Assembly (NCBI RefSeq): GCF_902459465.1
Contig: NC_047078.1
Location: forward strand, 5,084,001 to 5,148,000
Origin: Asterias rubens
Lineage: Eukaryota
Direction: 5' to 3'
Length of the DNA: 64,000 nt
Under the pieces are notes generated by a model. The model did no database searches. It saw only the letters and a program-made list of their open reading frames with translations, and was not told the DNA's origin. The position numbers were made by a program, and so were the translations under genes. Shown here one piece after another: positions 39,620-50,719 of this stretch. Position 1 is the stretch's first letter; every line of letters starts with the position of its first letter.

Positions 39620-41533
39620 GGACCCTTTTGAGGGACAAGAAAGGCTCCAGCAGAATCCTAAAGGTCTTGACCTCCTCCAGGCAGTCACTTATACATTTAT
39701 TTCTAAGTGGAACTTTAGAATGATGTTGGTTCACGTAATGTATCTGCTAATCTTGACGAGTATGTTACAGTTACTCAGTCATCCTTATCTGATTTTCAAC
39801 CACTCAAAAGCGATGATGTTGCGGAGATTATCAGGCAATTCCCCAGCAAAGTGTGTACCCTTGACTCTATTCCATCTTGGCTTATCAAAAAGTACCTTGA
39901 TATCCTGGTTCCTCTTATCACTAAGATAGTTAATGCATCTCTTTCCAGTGGCACTTTTCCTTCTGCCCTCAAAGAGTCCATCATTACTCCTGTTATTAAG
40001 AGGAGTTATTTGGATAAAAACTCTCTCAAAAACTACCGGCCCATTGCCAACCTTCCTTTCCTGTCCAAAGTCATCGAGAAGGCAGCGTCACGTCAAGTAA
40101 TGACCCATGTGGACAGCAACAATATAGGTGAGCCCTTCCAGTCTTCGTACAAGCGTCACCACAGTACGGAGACAGCCCTTCTGAAGGTGAAAAATGATCT
40201 GCTGCGTTCCCTTGATAACAATAAGGCTGTCCTCATGGTCCTTCTTGACATGTCCGCTGCCTTTGATACCGTCGACCACGACATCCTTCTGGCCAGATTA
40301 GAATCCAAATTTGGTATTGGTAGCACTGTTAAATCTTGGTTTTCCACCTACCTCAAGGATCGTGCCAATAAAGTCTCCATTGATGGCGAATTCTCCTCTA
40401 ATCATGTCATGCGGTACTCCTTACCGCAGGGTTCTGTTTTAGGCCCACATGGGTTTATCTTATACACCTCCCCAATAGGTAATATCATCCGCGCTTTCAA
40501 TATCTCATTACGCGGATGACATACAACTTTATGCCGAGTTTGATCCCAAATCAAATGGTGACTGTGAACAGGTCCTTGCAAGGTTATCTTCTTGTATTGG
40601 TGTGATCAACGAATGGATGATTCTAAACACGCTTCGCTTAAACCAGGATAAGACTGAGTTCTTTCTAATTGCCAAGAGAAATGTCTCTGCTGCTCTTCCT
40701 GATCTTCATCTGAGCGTGGGCGCTTTATCCATTCGGAGATCTACATCAATCAAGAACCTAGGTGTTACTATTGATGAATCTCTCACCATGACTAGTCAAG
40801 TTAATACCATATGTAAGTCCGTCAACTTCCACATACGTAACTTGTGGCGTATTCGGCGCTTCATCACCATTGACGCCTGCCATCAAGTCGTTAGAGGACT
40901 CGTCCTATCCCGCCTGGACTATGCTAACTGCCTTCTTAATGGGGCGCGCGAGGCCGATCTTACTCGTCCGCAACGCCTGCAGAACAAAGCAGCGAGGTTA
41001 GTTATGGCTTGTGGACGGGACGTGCCCTCTATCGACTTACTAAGGTAACTTCTTTGGCTCCCTGTCAGACAAAGAATTGCTTTTAAACTCATGCTGTATG
41101 TCTACAAGGCTATCAACAACCTTGCCCCTAGTTATCTTTCTGCCATGACTCAACTCCAGAACACTGGTTCCGCTGAACACAGACCAAGATAGTCTTGGTT
41201 CAAGACTCTCCTGGATTTGTCACAAGAGGGCGCGCTATCACCCCAACGCGCTATCAACCACGAACCGCTATCACAGGAGAACCGCTATTCTCCAAGACTG
41301 CGCTCCTCCACTGATTGGACCCGGCTTGTTGTCCAAAGATCGTACAAGAAAGCTGGCGGCTCGTCTTTGGAATGAACTTCCGATCAGTTTTCGTGAAGCG
41401 CCGTCTTTGTCTGTTTTCAAGCGGAAATTGAAAACTCATTTGTTTCCGTGATTCACTGTTTTCTTTGTTCCTCTTCTTTGTCAAGCGCTCCGTTCTTCGT
41501 GGGGCGCTTTAGAAATGCTTGTTTGTTATTATT
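39620..41533 (+). mobile_element. L2-group LINE, 5'-truncated, frameshifted
   Basis: NYRPIANLPFLSKVIEK, LLDMSAAFDTVDH, PQGSVLGP and LNQDKTE motifs. The 3' end is ggcgctttagaaat...ttattatt. Confidence 0.88.
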
Positions 41534-42898
41534 GCAAATAGATCGTAGTTTTTCCTTGCATTAGGCCGATTTTCGCTCTGAGGATCCAGAGGAAAACGAG
41601 CCAGGATATACCAAGCTGGTCACGCACTCGGACAGGAAAGTTAAACTATGTTTGGCCAGAAATATTAAAACAATAACATTCTGGTTGGGCTTGACCAATG
41701 AGAAAAGAATTAGTAGCCTAAGTTCTTAAGAAAACGTGTGGGCAGCTAAAGACAATCAAATCCGGGCACAATTCAAGGAAACTACTGACCTTGCAACAGT
41801 CATTGCAACGTAGCCTTACGTCATGTCCCTGGGGCAACCAACTGCTATGTCTTATGGTCAAGGAATTCCTGGACAGTGACTCTGGCCACTCCTCTCAAGG
41901 ATGTGGTACTATAAACAAATGTTTCTCAGAATTATAAAAACTAAGAAAAACTAACACCCACACAGGAGGTGAAAGTTGAAACAATGACTCTATAATAAAC
42001 TTAAGAATCCTCGTTGGACAACTTAAACTAAATAAACTAATCTTCGTCGGACTATTAACTAAAGTAAGAATTCTTCGTCGGACTAAATAAATTATGTTAT
42101 AATATGCAATTTATAACAGAGTCCGACATATATATATGAACTTTCTTGTTTGTCCAAGTAAACGACTTTCAATCTTTCGCGAGAGTGTTTTAAGTGTCCT
42201 CTTTTTAACTTTTAAACAATTACTCCTGTCCATAAATCAACAGTTGTTTCAGGCGCGATGGAGAAAGAAAGTTTCACTTTCTTTCCTGTTAAACACTGGA
42301 TATACAGAAAAAAAGGTAAAACCCCCCATGTTATTGTAAAAACGTTTGATATCCGGTTTGATTTTACAATGTTCTGTTATTGTGAAGAGCTAATTTTATC
42401 TGTACTTGACATGACACTTATGAGCTGATGGTAAATCTATTTACAAGAATGTAAATACACTCTTTTTTTCGTGTCGTTCAACATTTTATTAACTTAACAT
42501 ATCTTCTTGCTAAAGGGATAATCACAATTATTGACCAAGTGTTTTAAAGATGAAAAAAAGCTGTTAGTAATAAAATAATGATGCTTATGTAGAGTCACAG
42601 CAAGGATGCGGGGCGTACTTCTTAAAAAAAAACCTGAGTATTTACAAAAAAAATTACGCAAGCAGCTGATTCCATATTATGTTATAAAACAAAAATATAA
42701 TCTCGTATTTATAATGATTTTAATTGATAGCAACAGTCGAGGTTTAAAACAAAAACCATAATATACCAAATTGAAGTTGTATATGAAAGGCCCTCGTTGC
42801 TGCACCACTCGGTGTGTATTATCCATTTCCAGTCGCTTGGTATAACGGTTTACTGCTGGAGATCAGTTCCGTTTGTAAAATGCAGTTCATGATTTTAA

Positions 42899-43279
42899 AG
42901 GCATTGCCACTATTGGTAGTTACTCAAAATAATTATTATCATAAAACCTTACTTGGTATTCAAGTAATGGGGAGCAGTATAGTATAAAACATTGTGAGAA
43001 ACGGCTCCCTCTGAAGTGATGTAGTTTATGAGAAAGAAGTAATTTTCCACAAATTTGATTTCGAGAACTCAGATTTAGAATTTGAGGTCTCGAAATCAAC
43101 CATCTAAAAAGCACACAACTTCGTGTGACAAGGGTGTTTTTGTCTTTCATTATTATTTGCAACTTCGACGACCAATTGAGCTGAAATTTTCACAGGTTTG
43201 TTATTTTATGCATAATTATGTTGAGATACACCAAGTGAGAAGACTGGTCTTTGACAATTACTGCTAGTTTCCAGTGTCT
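42899..43279. mobile_element. Kolobok-like MITE, full length
   Basis: TTAA flanks at 42895-42898 and 43280-43283; same family as 3709-4070. Confidence 0.75.
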
Positions 43280-43879
43280 TTAAGATCGTGTAATTGTATC
43301 GGTTCTATTAGAATAAAAAGGTCTGCTCAAGCTAAAGTGTTTCATTTTTATCATTCCAGAGGCTCACCCCGGTCAGCCCCCAGTGCCCTGCTTGTGGAAC
43401 GGGTCACTTGTATTGGGGGCTGACTCGAGGTGCATGACGTCACCACGAGAGGGCGAGTGTGGTCGTTCGATCAGCTCTTGTCGGGGGTTTTGTGTAGAAA
43501 GAGAATGGTGCATGATGTGACCCAGTGTAACATTAAACCATTTTGTGAGTTAGATTTGAATAAAGTATGGTACAATGACATATGCTTAGTCACAATGTAC
43601 CTCTTATATTTGAATTCCTCAGACTATAGAGACAGTTGCTACGTCAAATCATGGCTTGTTCAACCTCCAGATGAGCAAATCCTGACCATTGTGCCAAAGC
43701 ATTCACATCCATTCAGAACCTTGTTGTATGTGTGTTCACTCTCTCTTACGTAACTAAGCAAAAGCTTGCCCCTAATCATGGGACATAACAACTGTCTTTG
43801 TTAAAAGGAATCCTCTCCCTATATAAGTGAGCCCCAAGGTCCACACCCTAGTGCATTTTTGTGACCGGTATAATTCAAC

Positions 43880-44410
43880 GATGTCTACACAACCATCTTC
43901 AGATATCTTGGTCTACTCGACGACCCTTCGAACTTTGAGTTAAGCGGCACGGTGTCAACTGTTGGCCCGTCTACTTCGATCTCTGCATCCGGTGGAAATC
44001 CATCGGGTGGAAAGGCAAAGCCGAAGCCAAAGAAAATGACCAACAAATCATCAAACGCCGGGGTTACTTGACAAGAGTTTGGGTCTCTACAAGAGCAGAT
44101 GACAACGATGGAAGACGCAATGCAGATCCTACAGTCTACAGTGTTCGCCTCGCTGGGGAGTTCAAGCTTTGCGAAACGACAGAAGGTCGACCATGGAACG
44201 TCAGCAGAAGACCAAGGGGCATGCACATCGAGTGATGACTCTCTTGCGACTGACCAGCTTATCAACAACCTCCTAAAACCCGACGCTGGTGATATTTCAT
44301 CAGCCGGGGTACTCAGCGTGGTAGAGAGCAATTCTACTCCGAAGAGGATACAGGTGCCACAGTATATGCATACACATAGAAATTGCTAGAAGAGAGTGTA
44401 TACATTACTG
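43880..44410 (+). mobile_element. Possible decayed DIRS/Ngaro-like gag remnant
   Basis: GC-richer, low-complexity S/T/D/E-rich coding-like stretch ending EEDTGATV. The assignment rests on weak resemblance only. Confidence 0.3.
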
Positions 44411-45783
44411 ATTCTTTTCATACAAGTTTTGCCAGTTAAACTCAAATGAGCACATGGAAACCGTTTTAGAATAGTCTGTTCATGGAGGTAGTGTTGCAGT
44501 TGTATACCCCGTCACGGAAGTTTGTGAAACTTATACGTAATGTACGTCAACGGCTGTTTTGAAGGTGTAAACAAGAACTTTGCATTATTGGTCAATGTTG
44601 TGAAGCAAAACGACATTAAGTTTCCTTAAGTCCATTCACAAAACTTGTTAGAGCAGTGTGTTGGTCAGGACTCGGAATGTACATCTTTGCCAAATCCGTT
44701 TGTAGCCTACTTAGGAATCGGCCCCGTCGGGTTGGCACGTTGGTTGTCGGTTAACAAAAGAGCCCTCATGCGGCTGAATCGGGTACATTTTTAGAAAATT
44801 GTCTTTAATACAAAATTGACCAAACTGGACGTAACAACAGGCCTGCGTAACAAACCCCTAAAATAACTTTGTAAAGAGCTTTCTTAAAGTAAAATAAGTG
44901 AGAGGAAATTAAGGAGTAGGACCAATTTACCGTTTTTATTTAGGTTGTACGATATGACTAGGGTTCCAGGAATAAGGATGATAAAATTTATCAAAGTTCT
45001 GAAGAAAAACGACTCTAATAAGTCCATTTACAAAATGTGTTGAAGCAGTGTGTCGGTCTGGACTCAACATGTTTTATCAGGGAATTTGTACACGTACAAA
45101 CGAATGGGCCGTGCGCCCTGGCGGACGTATAGGGAGGTTTAGCTGCACGTTCAGCGAGCAACGTGAACATGAACGGTCAGAAATTGTGTCATTAAACAGC
45201 CAATCAAGGATGATCTCAATATTTCAACTATTACATTTTATGGCCAAATAGACATCGTAGATACCGGTTAAAAATCATTTTACTCTCAAAATTTGCATTT
45301 AGTAATAAATAATTCTAGTCATAAAGCTACTTATGAATGATAATGATTACGTAATACCCCTCTGACGTGAGCGGGGGCTAAAAATCACGACGGTCGACGG
45401 GTCAAAGACATGACAGCTGAGGTAAACACACACACACACGTGTGCGACGATCGGGCGAGTCATCTGGAAGTGGATGATCTTGAGTCTTGGTAACATCAGC
45501 AAAAGCCAACAGGTGGTTTATTTTTGAACATTTGTTATACAAGAAGAGAAATAACATCACAAAGTTCAGTTGTTGGTTTTTCAAAATGAAAATTTAGTTT
45601 CACCTTTTAAAAAAAAAAACGCTGTTTAGTTTTTAGTGGGATATCATGGTGTAAACTTGATTGTATGTAGGCACACTGAACATTGGACCTTCTATCCAAT
45701 ATTTTATGTAAACAATGTCCATGGACATATTTGTACAGGTTTGACAGAAAACCAAAAGTCATCACAGATTTATATTTAATTAA

Positions 45784-46144
45784 AGACAGTGGACACTATT
45801 GGTAACTGTCAAAGACCAGTCTTCTTACTTGGTGTTTCTCAACATATGCACAAAATAACAAACCTGTGAAAATTTGAGCTCAATTGTTTGTCGAAGTTGC
45901 GAGATAATAATGAAAGAAAAAAACACCCTTGTCACACGAAATTATGTGCTTTCATGCTTGATTTTGAGACCTGAGGTCTCAAAATCAAAAATATGGAAAA
46001 TTACTTCTTTCTCGAAAACTATACGTTAATTTAGAGAGAGCATTTTTACACATATTGTTTGCTGTCAACCTATGCCCACTCGTTACCAAGTAAAGTTTTA
46101 TGCTAATAATTATTTTGAGTAATTACCAATAGTGTCCACTGCCT
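45784..46144. mobile_element. Kolobok-like MITE, full length
   Basis: TTAA|agacagtggacactattggtaa ... ttaccaatagtgtccactgcct|TTAA. Confidence 0.82.
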
Positions 46145-46369
46145 TTAATGATGTAAAAATAACTTTTCAGAATTATAGGTTGTTGGATGGGCTACATTTC
46201 AATTGGGCATGTATGGGCTTTATTTTTATGTTTATTCCATAAAGAAAATCAAGGGGAACCGGAACAACATGGGATAAAATAATTTAATAGGAACAATAAT
46301 AATGTTAAAAATGTACTTCATTTCATGTTATTGTTAATGTGTGACCACATCCCATAGCGCTCAGTGTTC

Positions 46370-46612
46370 CTGAGACGGGCCACATTTTCGCGGATGTCCT
46401 TCTTGCAGTTCCCCAGCTTCAGCCGGCTCGTACCGGTATGGTACGGCACCGCGAACAACCAACGCTGGACCGGCACCTCCGGGCACTTCAAGATCCTCCA
46501 CGTCGTTTCCATCGGCCCTGAGTTCTTCTTCCGAGGAGCTTGAAGATCTAGAGTCACTGGAGTACTCTACATCCTCGGTCTTCCCATTCAGTACTACTAG
46601 AGGTGTTCGACA
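46370..46612 (-). pseudogene. Coding-like remnant with an acidic/Ser-rich start and a PYRYEP motif, possibly a transposon accessory ORF
   Basis: Hand translation gives ...SSDSRSSSSSEEELRADGNDVEDLEVPGGAGPALVVRGAVPYRYEPAEAG. It resembles PYxFEP N-termini of Kolobok-associated P2X7-C-terminal-like ORFs (recall only). Confidence 0.3.
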
Positions 46613-47788
46613 TCTTGATCAATCCGTCTATTTATACATGTATTCGCATTGCCTATTGTACATTACTTTGTTTACACATTGTCGTGTACGTGTACGTGCA
46701 GGTTCCATAATTTAGCCGCCGATGACGTCACGGGTCATGTATTGGGTGGTGTTTTACCCCGCCTTTTTCAGAAATTTGGCTTGGAGCGTTCTGGAGAAAA
46801 ACAATTTTTATTATGTTTTAACGCGAGGGAGACACATTATATTTTTTGTATGTTTCCTATGGACCCCAGCCATTAGAAAACTGTAATATCTATATATTTG
46901 AGATCATCCTTTTTTGGCTGTTTAAGAGAGGCGTATAATACCCTCCTCACCCACATTACATTTCGAAATATTGTGTAAAGGATTTTCATCATCTAGCGTG
47001 AATCGAAGGGTGTTGCTAGAGTACAGGGTGCGGGTGAAAGGAAGAAACAGGTTATTACGGGATCTGGTTGAGTAGTCATGAATTTCATGAACCGACGTGA
47101 AGAAAGTGGGAAATGTGCGAGGAAGAAAAGCTATGTTACATAGTGGGAGATGAGGACACTTTTGTATGAGATCTTAAATCGATATACGGACGGCAATTGT
47201 TCTTAAATCGCAGGGATTTGAGTTCCAAAAACGTGGACCAAAGAATCGAATGATGTGGCTAGCATGCACTGGGTGCGGATGAATGGAAGAAACAGGTTGC
47301 GGGATCTGGTTGAGTAACATGAATTTCATGAAAGACGTATACGGGAATTGTAACTAAATTATTTTCAATGTGATAAGAGTTTTTGTTTTCTTCTCTCTTT
47401 TTCTCTTGTTTTTGGCAAGTGTGTGAACCTTTTTTTCTGCATTCTGTGTTCTAATAAAGAAAAGCGAAACCTTTTACTAGCCTTGAGCCTGAAAGCAGTT
47501 GTTTTCGCAGCCGTTTTGTTTGATAGGTAGAGAAGAAAATGATAGTGGAACCAACACTCACGAAAGAAGATTGACAGTTGTTTCTCTAGGTAAATAGTGC
47601 GCATGTTTGTAAAAGGTAAGAACTTCATCACTTCCTTGCTTTACATTGTTTTCAATACACAAGCAATCCCCTCACTAAGCCGATAGAACTGGTACTAGTT
47701 AAGGTTTCGCTGCAGTAGTTAAGGTTTCGCATGGTTTAAGAACAACATGTCACATTTTATCATTGTGTAGATATTCGCCATTATTTTA

Positions 47789-47831
47789 ATGGAGTTCGCA
47801 GTCTTCTTAATTGTTGGAACTTTGTTTCAAG
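47789..47831 (+). CDS. IgSF gene 2 exon: signal peptide
   Basis: MEFAVFLIVGTLFQ followed by G|gtaagt (phase 1). Upstream acceptor at 47770 and a probable 5' exon donor aag|gtaag at 47616. Confidence 0.75.
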
Positions 47832-48046
47832 GTAAGTCGAGTGTAAATATTATAGAGAAATATCGTGCATAAAAACATTAATAATAGTTTTAGTCTTTAG
47901 TTGAAAAGCTACCTTAAAATAAATACATATGATGCAGTGTTGGAAACAAAAACACGTCAACGAACGAAAGTATTGTCAAGCTTAGGTGAAATATTTATGA
48001 GGGGTTCAACTTTAAGATAAAAAAAACTTCTTTGTATTTTGAACAG

Positions 48047-48400
48047 GTGGCGTCTCTTTTGGAAACATCACGATAGACATGCCACCAGTCGTCTCAGTTT
48101 TTGAAGGTGACGACGTAGAATTAGAATGCAAGGCTCGGTATGGGAATGGTACATTTATTCAACCATGTCATGAATCAATAGGTCTCCAATGGTTGGTTGT
48201 GTTGGAAAACGCGGAAGGTGTTTCTATTGCAGGATGTGGTAGAGTGGTGTCGTTCAAGAACAATACTGTGGAGTTTAATCAAGACAATGGCAATCTAACA
48301 ATATTGAATATAGGCCTTGCAGATGAAGCCTTGTTAAAATGTTTCGTGTACGGAGAAATCGGCAGTCACTCAAACACGACACATCTTAAAATTAAAAAAG
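48047..48400 (+). CDS. IgSF gene 2 exon: Ig domain 1 (V-like)
   Basis: Acceptor ttttgaacag, phase 1-1. VELECK...QW...GNLTILNIGLADEALLKC, with an extra Cys pair. Confidence 0.82.
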
Positions 48401-48723
48401 GTGAGTGTTTACCTTAAAAAGAATGGAATCAATCAGATTTCATCACATTTGGATTGTCCAATAGTAATGAAACTGTTTTGACAATACCAACAATTTATGG
48501 TGCTAAAAAAACAATATTGAATATAGGCCTTGCAGATGAAGCCTTGTTAAAATGTTTCGTGTACGGAGAAATCGGCAGTCACTCAAACACGACACATCTT
48601 AAAATTAAAAAAGGTGAGTGTTTACCTTAAAAAGAATGGAATCAATCAGATTTCATCACATTTGGATTGTCCAATAGTAATGAAACTGTTTTGACAATAC
48701 CAACAATTTATGGTGCTAAAAAA
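48298..48723 (+). repeat. Near-exact 213-bp tandem duplication of the 3' part of the Ig exon plus its donor
   Basis: 48298-48510 is repeated at 48511-48723, with no mismatch seen by eye. Confidence 0.9.
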
Positions 48724-48781
48724 GGACACACTCGTACGAAAAATTTAGCAAATAATGGGACTTTTAAAAGGTGTTTGGTAA

Positions 48782-48890
48782 AATATTTCAATTGTCATAA
48801 TCGTTTCAAATATTGAGGCCGTGTTTCGGTGTAAAGTGTATGAACTAATCAACAGTTATTCGAATGAGACAAATCTTAAAGTCAAACAAG
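48782..48890 (+). pseudogene. Relic 3' half of a paralogous Ig exon
   Basis: NISIVIIVSNIEAVFRCKVYELINSYSNETNLKVKQ followed by G|gtaagt aligns with the end of exon 48047-48400. In-frame TAA at 48779. Confidence 0.6.
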
Positions 48891-49245
48891 GTAAGTCTTG
48901 CCTCGAAACAAAATGAAATTGACTATAATGGAACCTATATAGAAAGCTTAAACTTGTCCTTGTTTTCCTTGTTGAATTTAACTTTGAAGTATGTCTCACA
49001 AAATCACCAACATTTTAAGTTGCTGAACAATGACACACTCATTCGAGGACTATTGTGACCTTTAAAAGCTGTTGGTGATTGCAAACACATATTAATAGTT
49101 TGGTGTCATTGTCCATGCATGTTTGCTTGTTGCTTTTAAAAGATTGGCATGTCAGTTTATATTAAACATCCTAAAATCTTGCAAGTGTGTGAGATCAGTG
49201 GTTTAGATTAAAACTATAAAACGTGCCACTTGTTAACGTTTTTAA

Positions 49246-49580
49246 AGCCATTGGACACTTTCGGTAAAGGCCCACACTTCGTGCATCACAACTTAAATAT
49301 AAAATAACAAACCTGTAGAAATTTATGCTCAATCGGTCATCGGAGTCTGGAGAAAATAACGGGAAAACCCACCCTTGTTTCCGCACGTTTCACCGTGTCA
49401 TGACACGTGTTTATAATTTATCCATAATTCTCGATATCGAGAATTTATATTGTTTTGATGTTTTCTCAAAATGTAAAGTATTCCATGGAATAATATTTCA
49501 AGAGAAGTCTTTCACCATTGCCTTCTGTACACCCTGTAAATTATAAAAATAAAAATAATAATTCTGTACCGAAAGGGTAC
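49246..49580. mobile_element. Kolobok-like MITE (third variant; another copy at 63810-64000)
   Basis: Starts ttaaagccattggacactttcggtaaa and shares ggtcatcggagtc...gggaaaacccacccttgt..ccgcacgtttc with 63810-64000. Confidence 0.6.
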
Positions 49581-49702
49581 AAGTAGCCCTTCAGTAATAA
49601 TACAAAACAAACTGTCTTGAAGAGTGAGAAAATAGAATTAGCTGTTGCAAACAACTTACCAACCAAATGGACCGAGAGTATAAATGCAAAAAATAGTTAA
49701 TG

Positions 49703-49741
49703 GCCTGACGTTTCGACCCTAGCAGAGTCTTTCTCGAAGGC
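49703..49741 (-). ncRNA. Hammerhead ribozyme-like motif in the inverted pLTR
   Basis: Exact reverse complement of 53722-53760. Confidence 0.65.
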
Positions 49742-50719
49742 TAAATGACAACACAACAAACATGAACAGGTAACTAAGTGAAACATAAGCAGTGAAGTGG
49801 AAATACATGAATGGGGTTAGAAAGCATACATAAAAAAGCAGGGGGTAAACAATGAATAGGGGGACAAAAAGGGGGGGGGTGAAGGGAAGGGGCTGGCTTG
49901 ACCACAAGCAAGAATATGGAAACACAAAGGACAACATCGAGGGTGGTGAGGTTGGGTAAAAAGTAATTTATATTAGTGAATGAGGCTCAGGCTAAAAGGC
50001 TATGGGGAAAAAAGGAGACGGCAAAACAAAAGGTTTATTAGTCGTTTCCTTCTTGGATGTTCAGACCATGGGGTTGAATGGTCTGGAGGCGTCTAATCCA
50101 GAGTTTCTCCCTACTCAAACGCACAGTCTCTCTTGTTACATTTTGTCTTATTTGTTGGTTGTATTTCACAGTTTGTTCTTTCTGTCTCTCATTGCCTTCT
50201 CTCCATATATAATAACCAATTTGTTTCTCCCATTTGCTTTTTGACTATGTTCAATTACTAAATTTACTATATTTCTCCACAGGTTTCTTCATTTGTTTGC
50301 TTGTTTTTCTTTGTGGCAGGTTGCTTGAACTTTTGTTTCAGCACTTTTGTTTTCCCGTTTGTTTCCCTACTTGTTTCATCATGTCCCTTTTTTTTCCCTT
50401 CATGAGTTCTTCCCCCTTGTATAATTAACCACAGTTTTCCTCCCCCTCCAGGTTTACTCTATACACCCTGCATTTTCACTAAAATCTGTTTCCTTTTTAG
50501 TGCACTTCCCTTTTGTATATTAATGTTGTTTTCCTCCCCAATTTATTCATGTCTTTGTCAACTTAACATTTTCTCCAATTGAAACCAAAGGTTCTTCTCA
50601 GAACCACCCCTACTCCTCTTTAGATTACCATCCCTTGGTGTTACCGCCAGCCTCAGTTTGTTAACATTTTTGTATTGCTTTTCTCTACAGATTTGTTCCT
50701 GTTTGTTTTCTTTTTCACC

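Noticed and set aside
43361-43520. Acceptor-like ttccag followed by an open frame (EAHPGQPPVPC...), a candidate extra exon of gene 1
   Set aside because: No convincing donor or similarity, and it is adjacent to probable retroelement remnants.
43885-44331. 148-aa minus-strand ORF
   Set aside because: It reads as the antisense of the plus-strand low-complexity remnant and has no domain features.
50675-50719. ORF-track start at TTG 50675 (914 aa)
   Set aside because: It lies in the polypyrimidine tract of the PLE intron. The first ATG after the acceptor is 50720.
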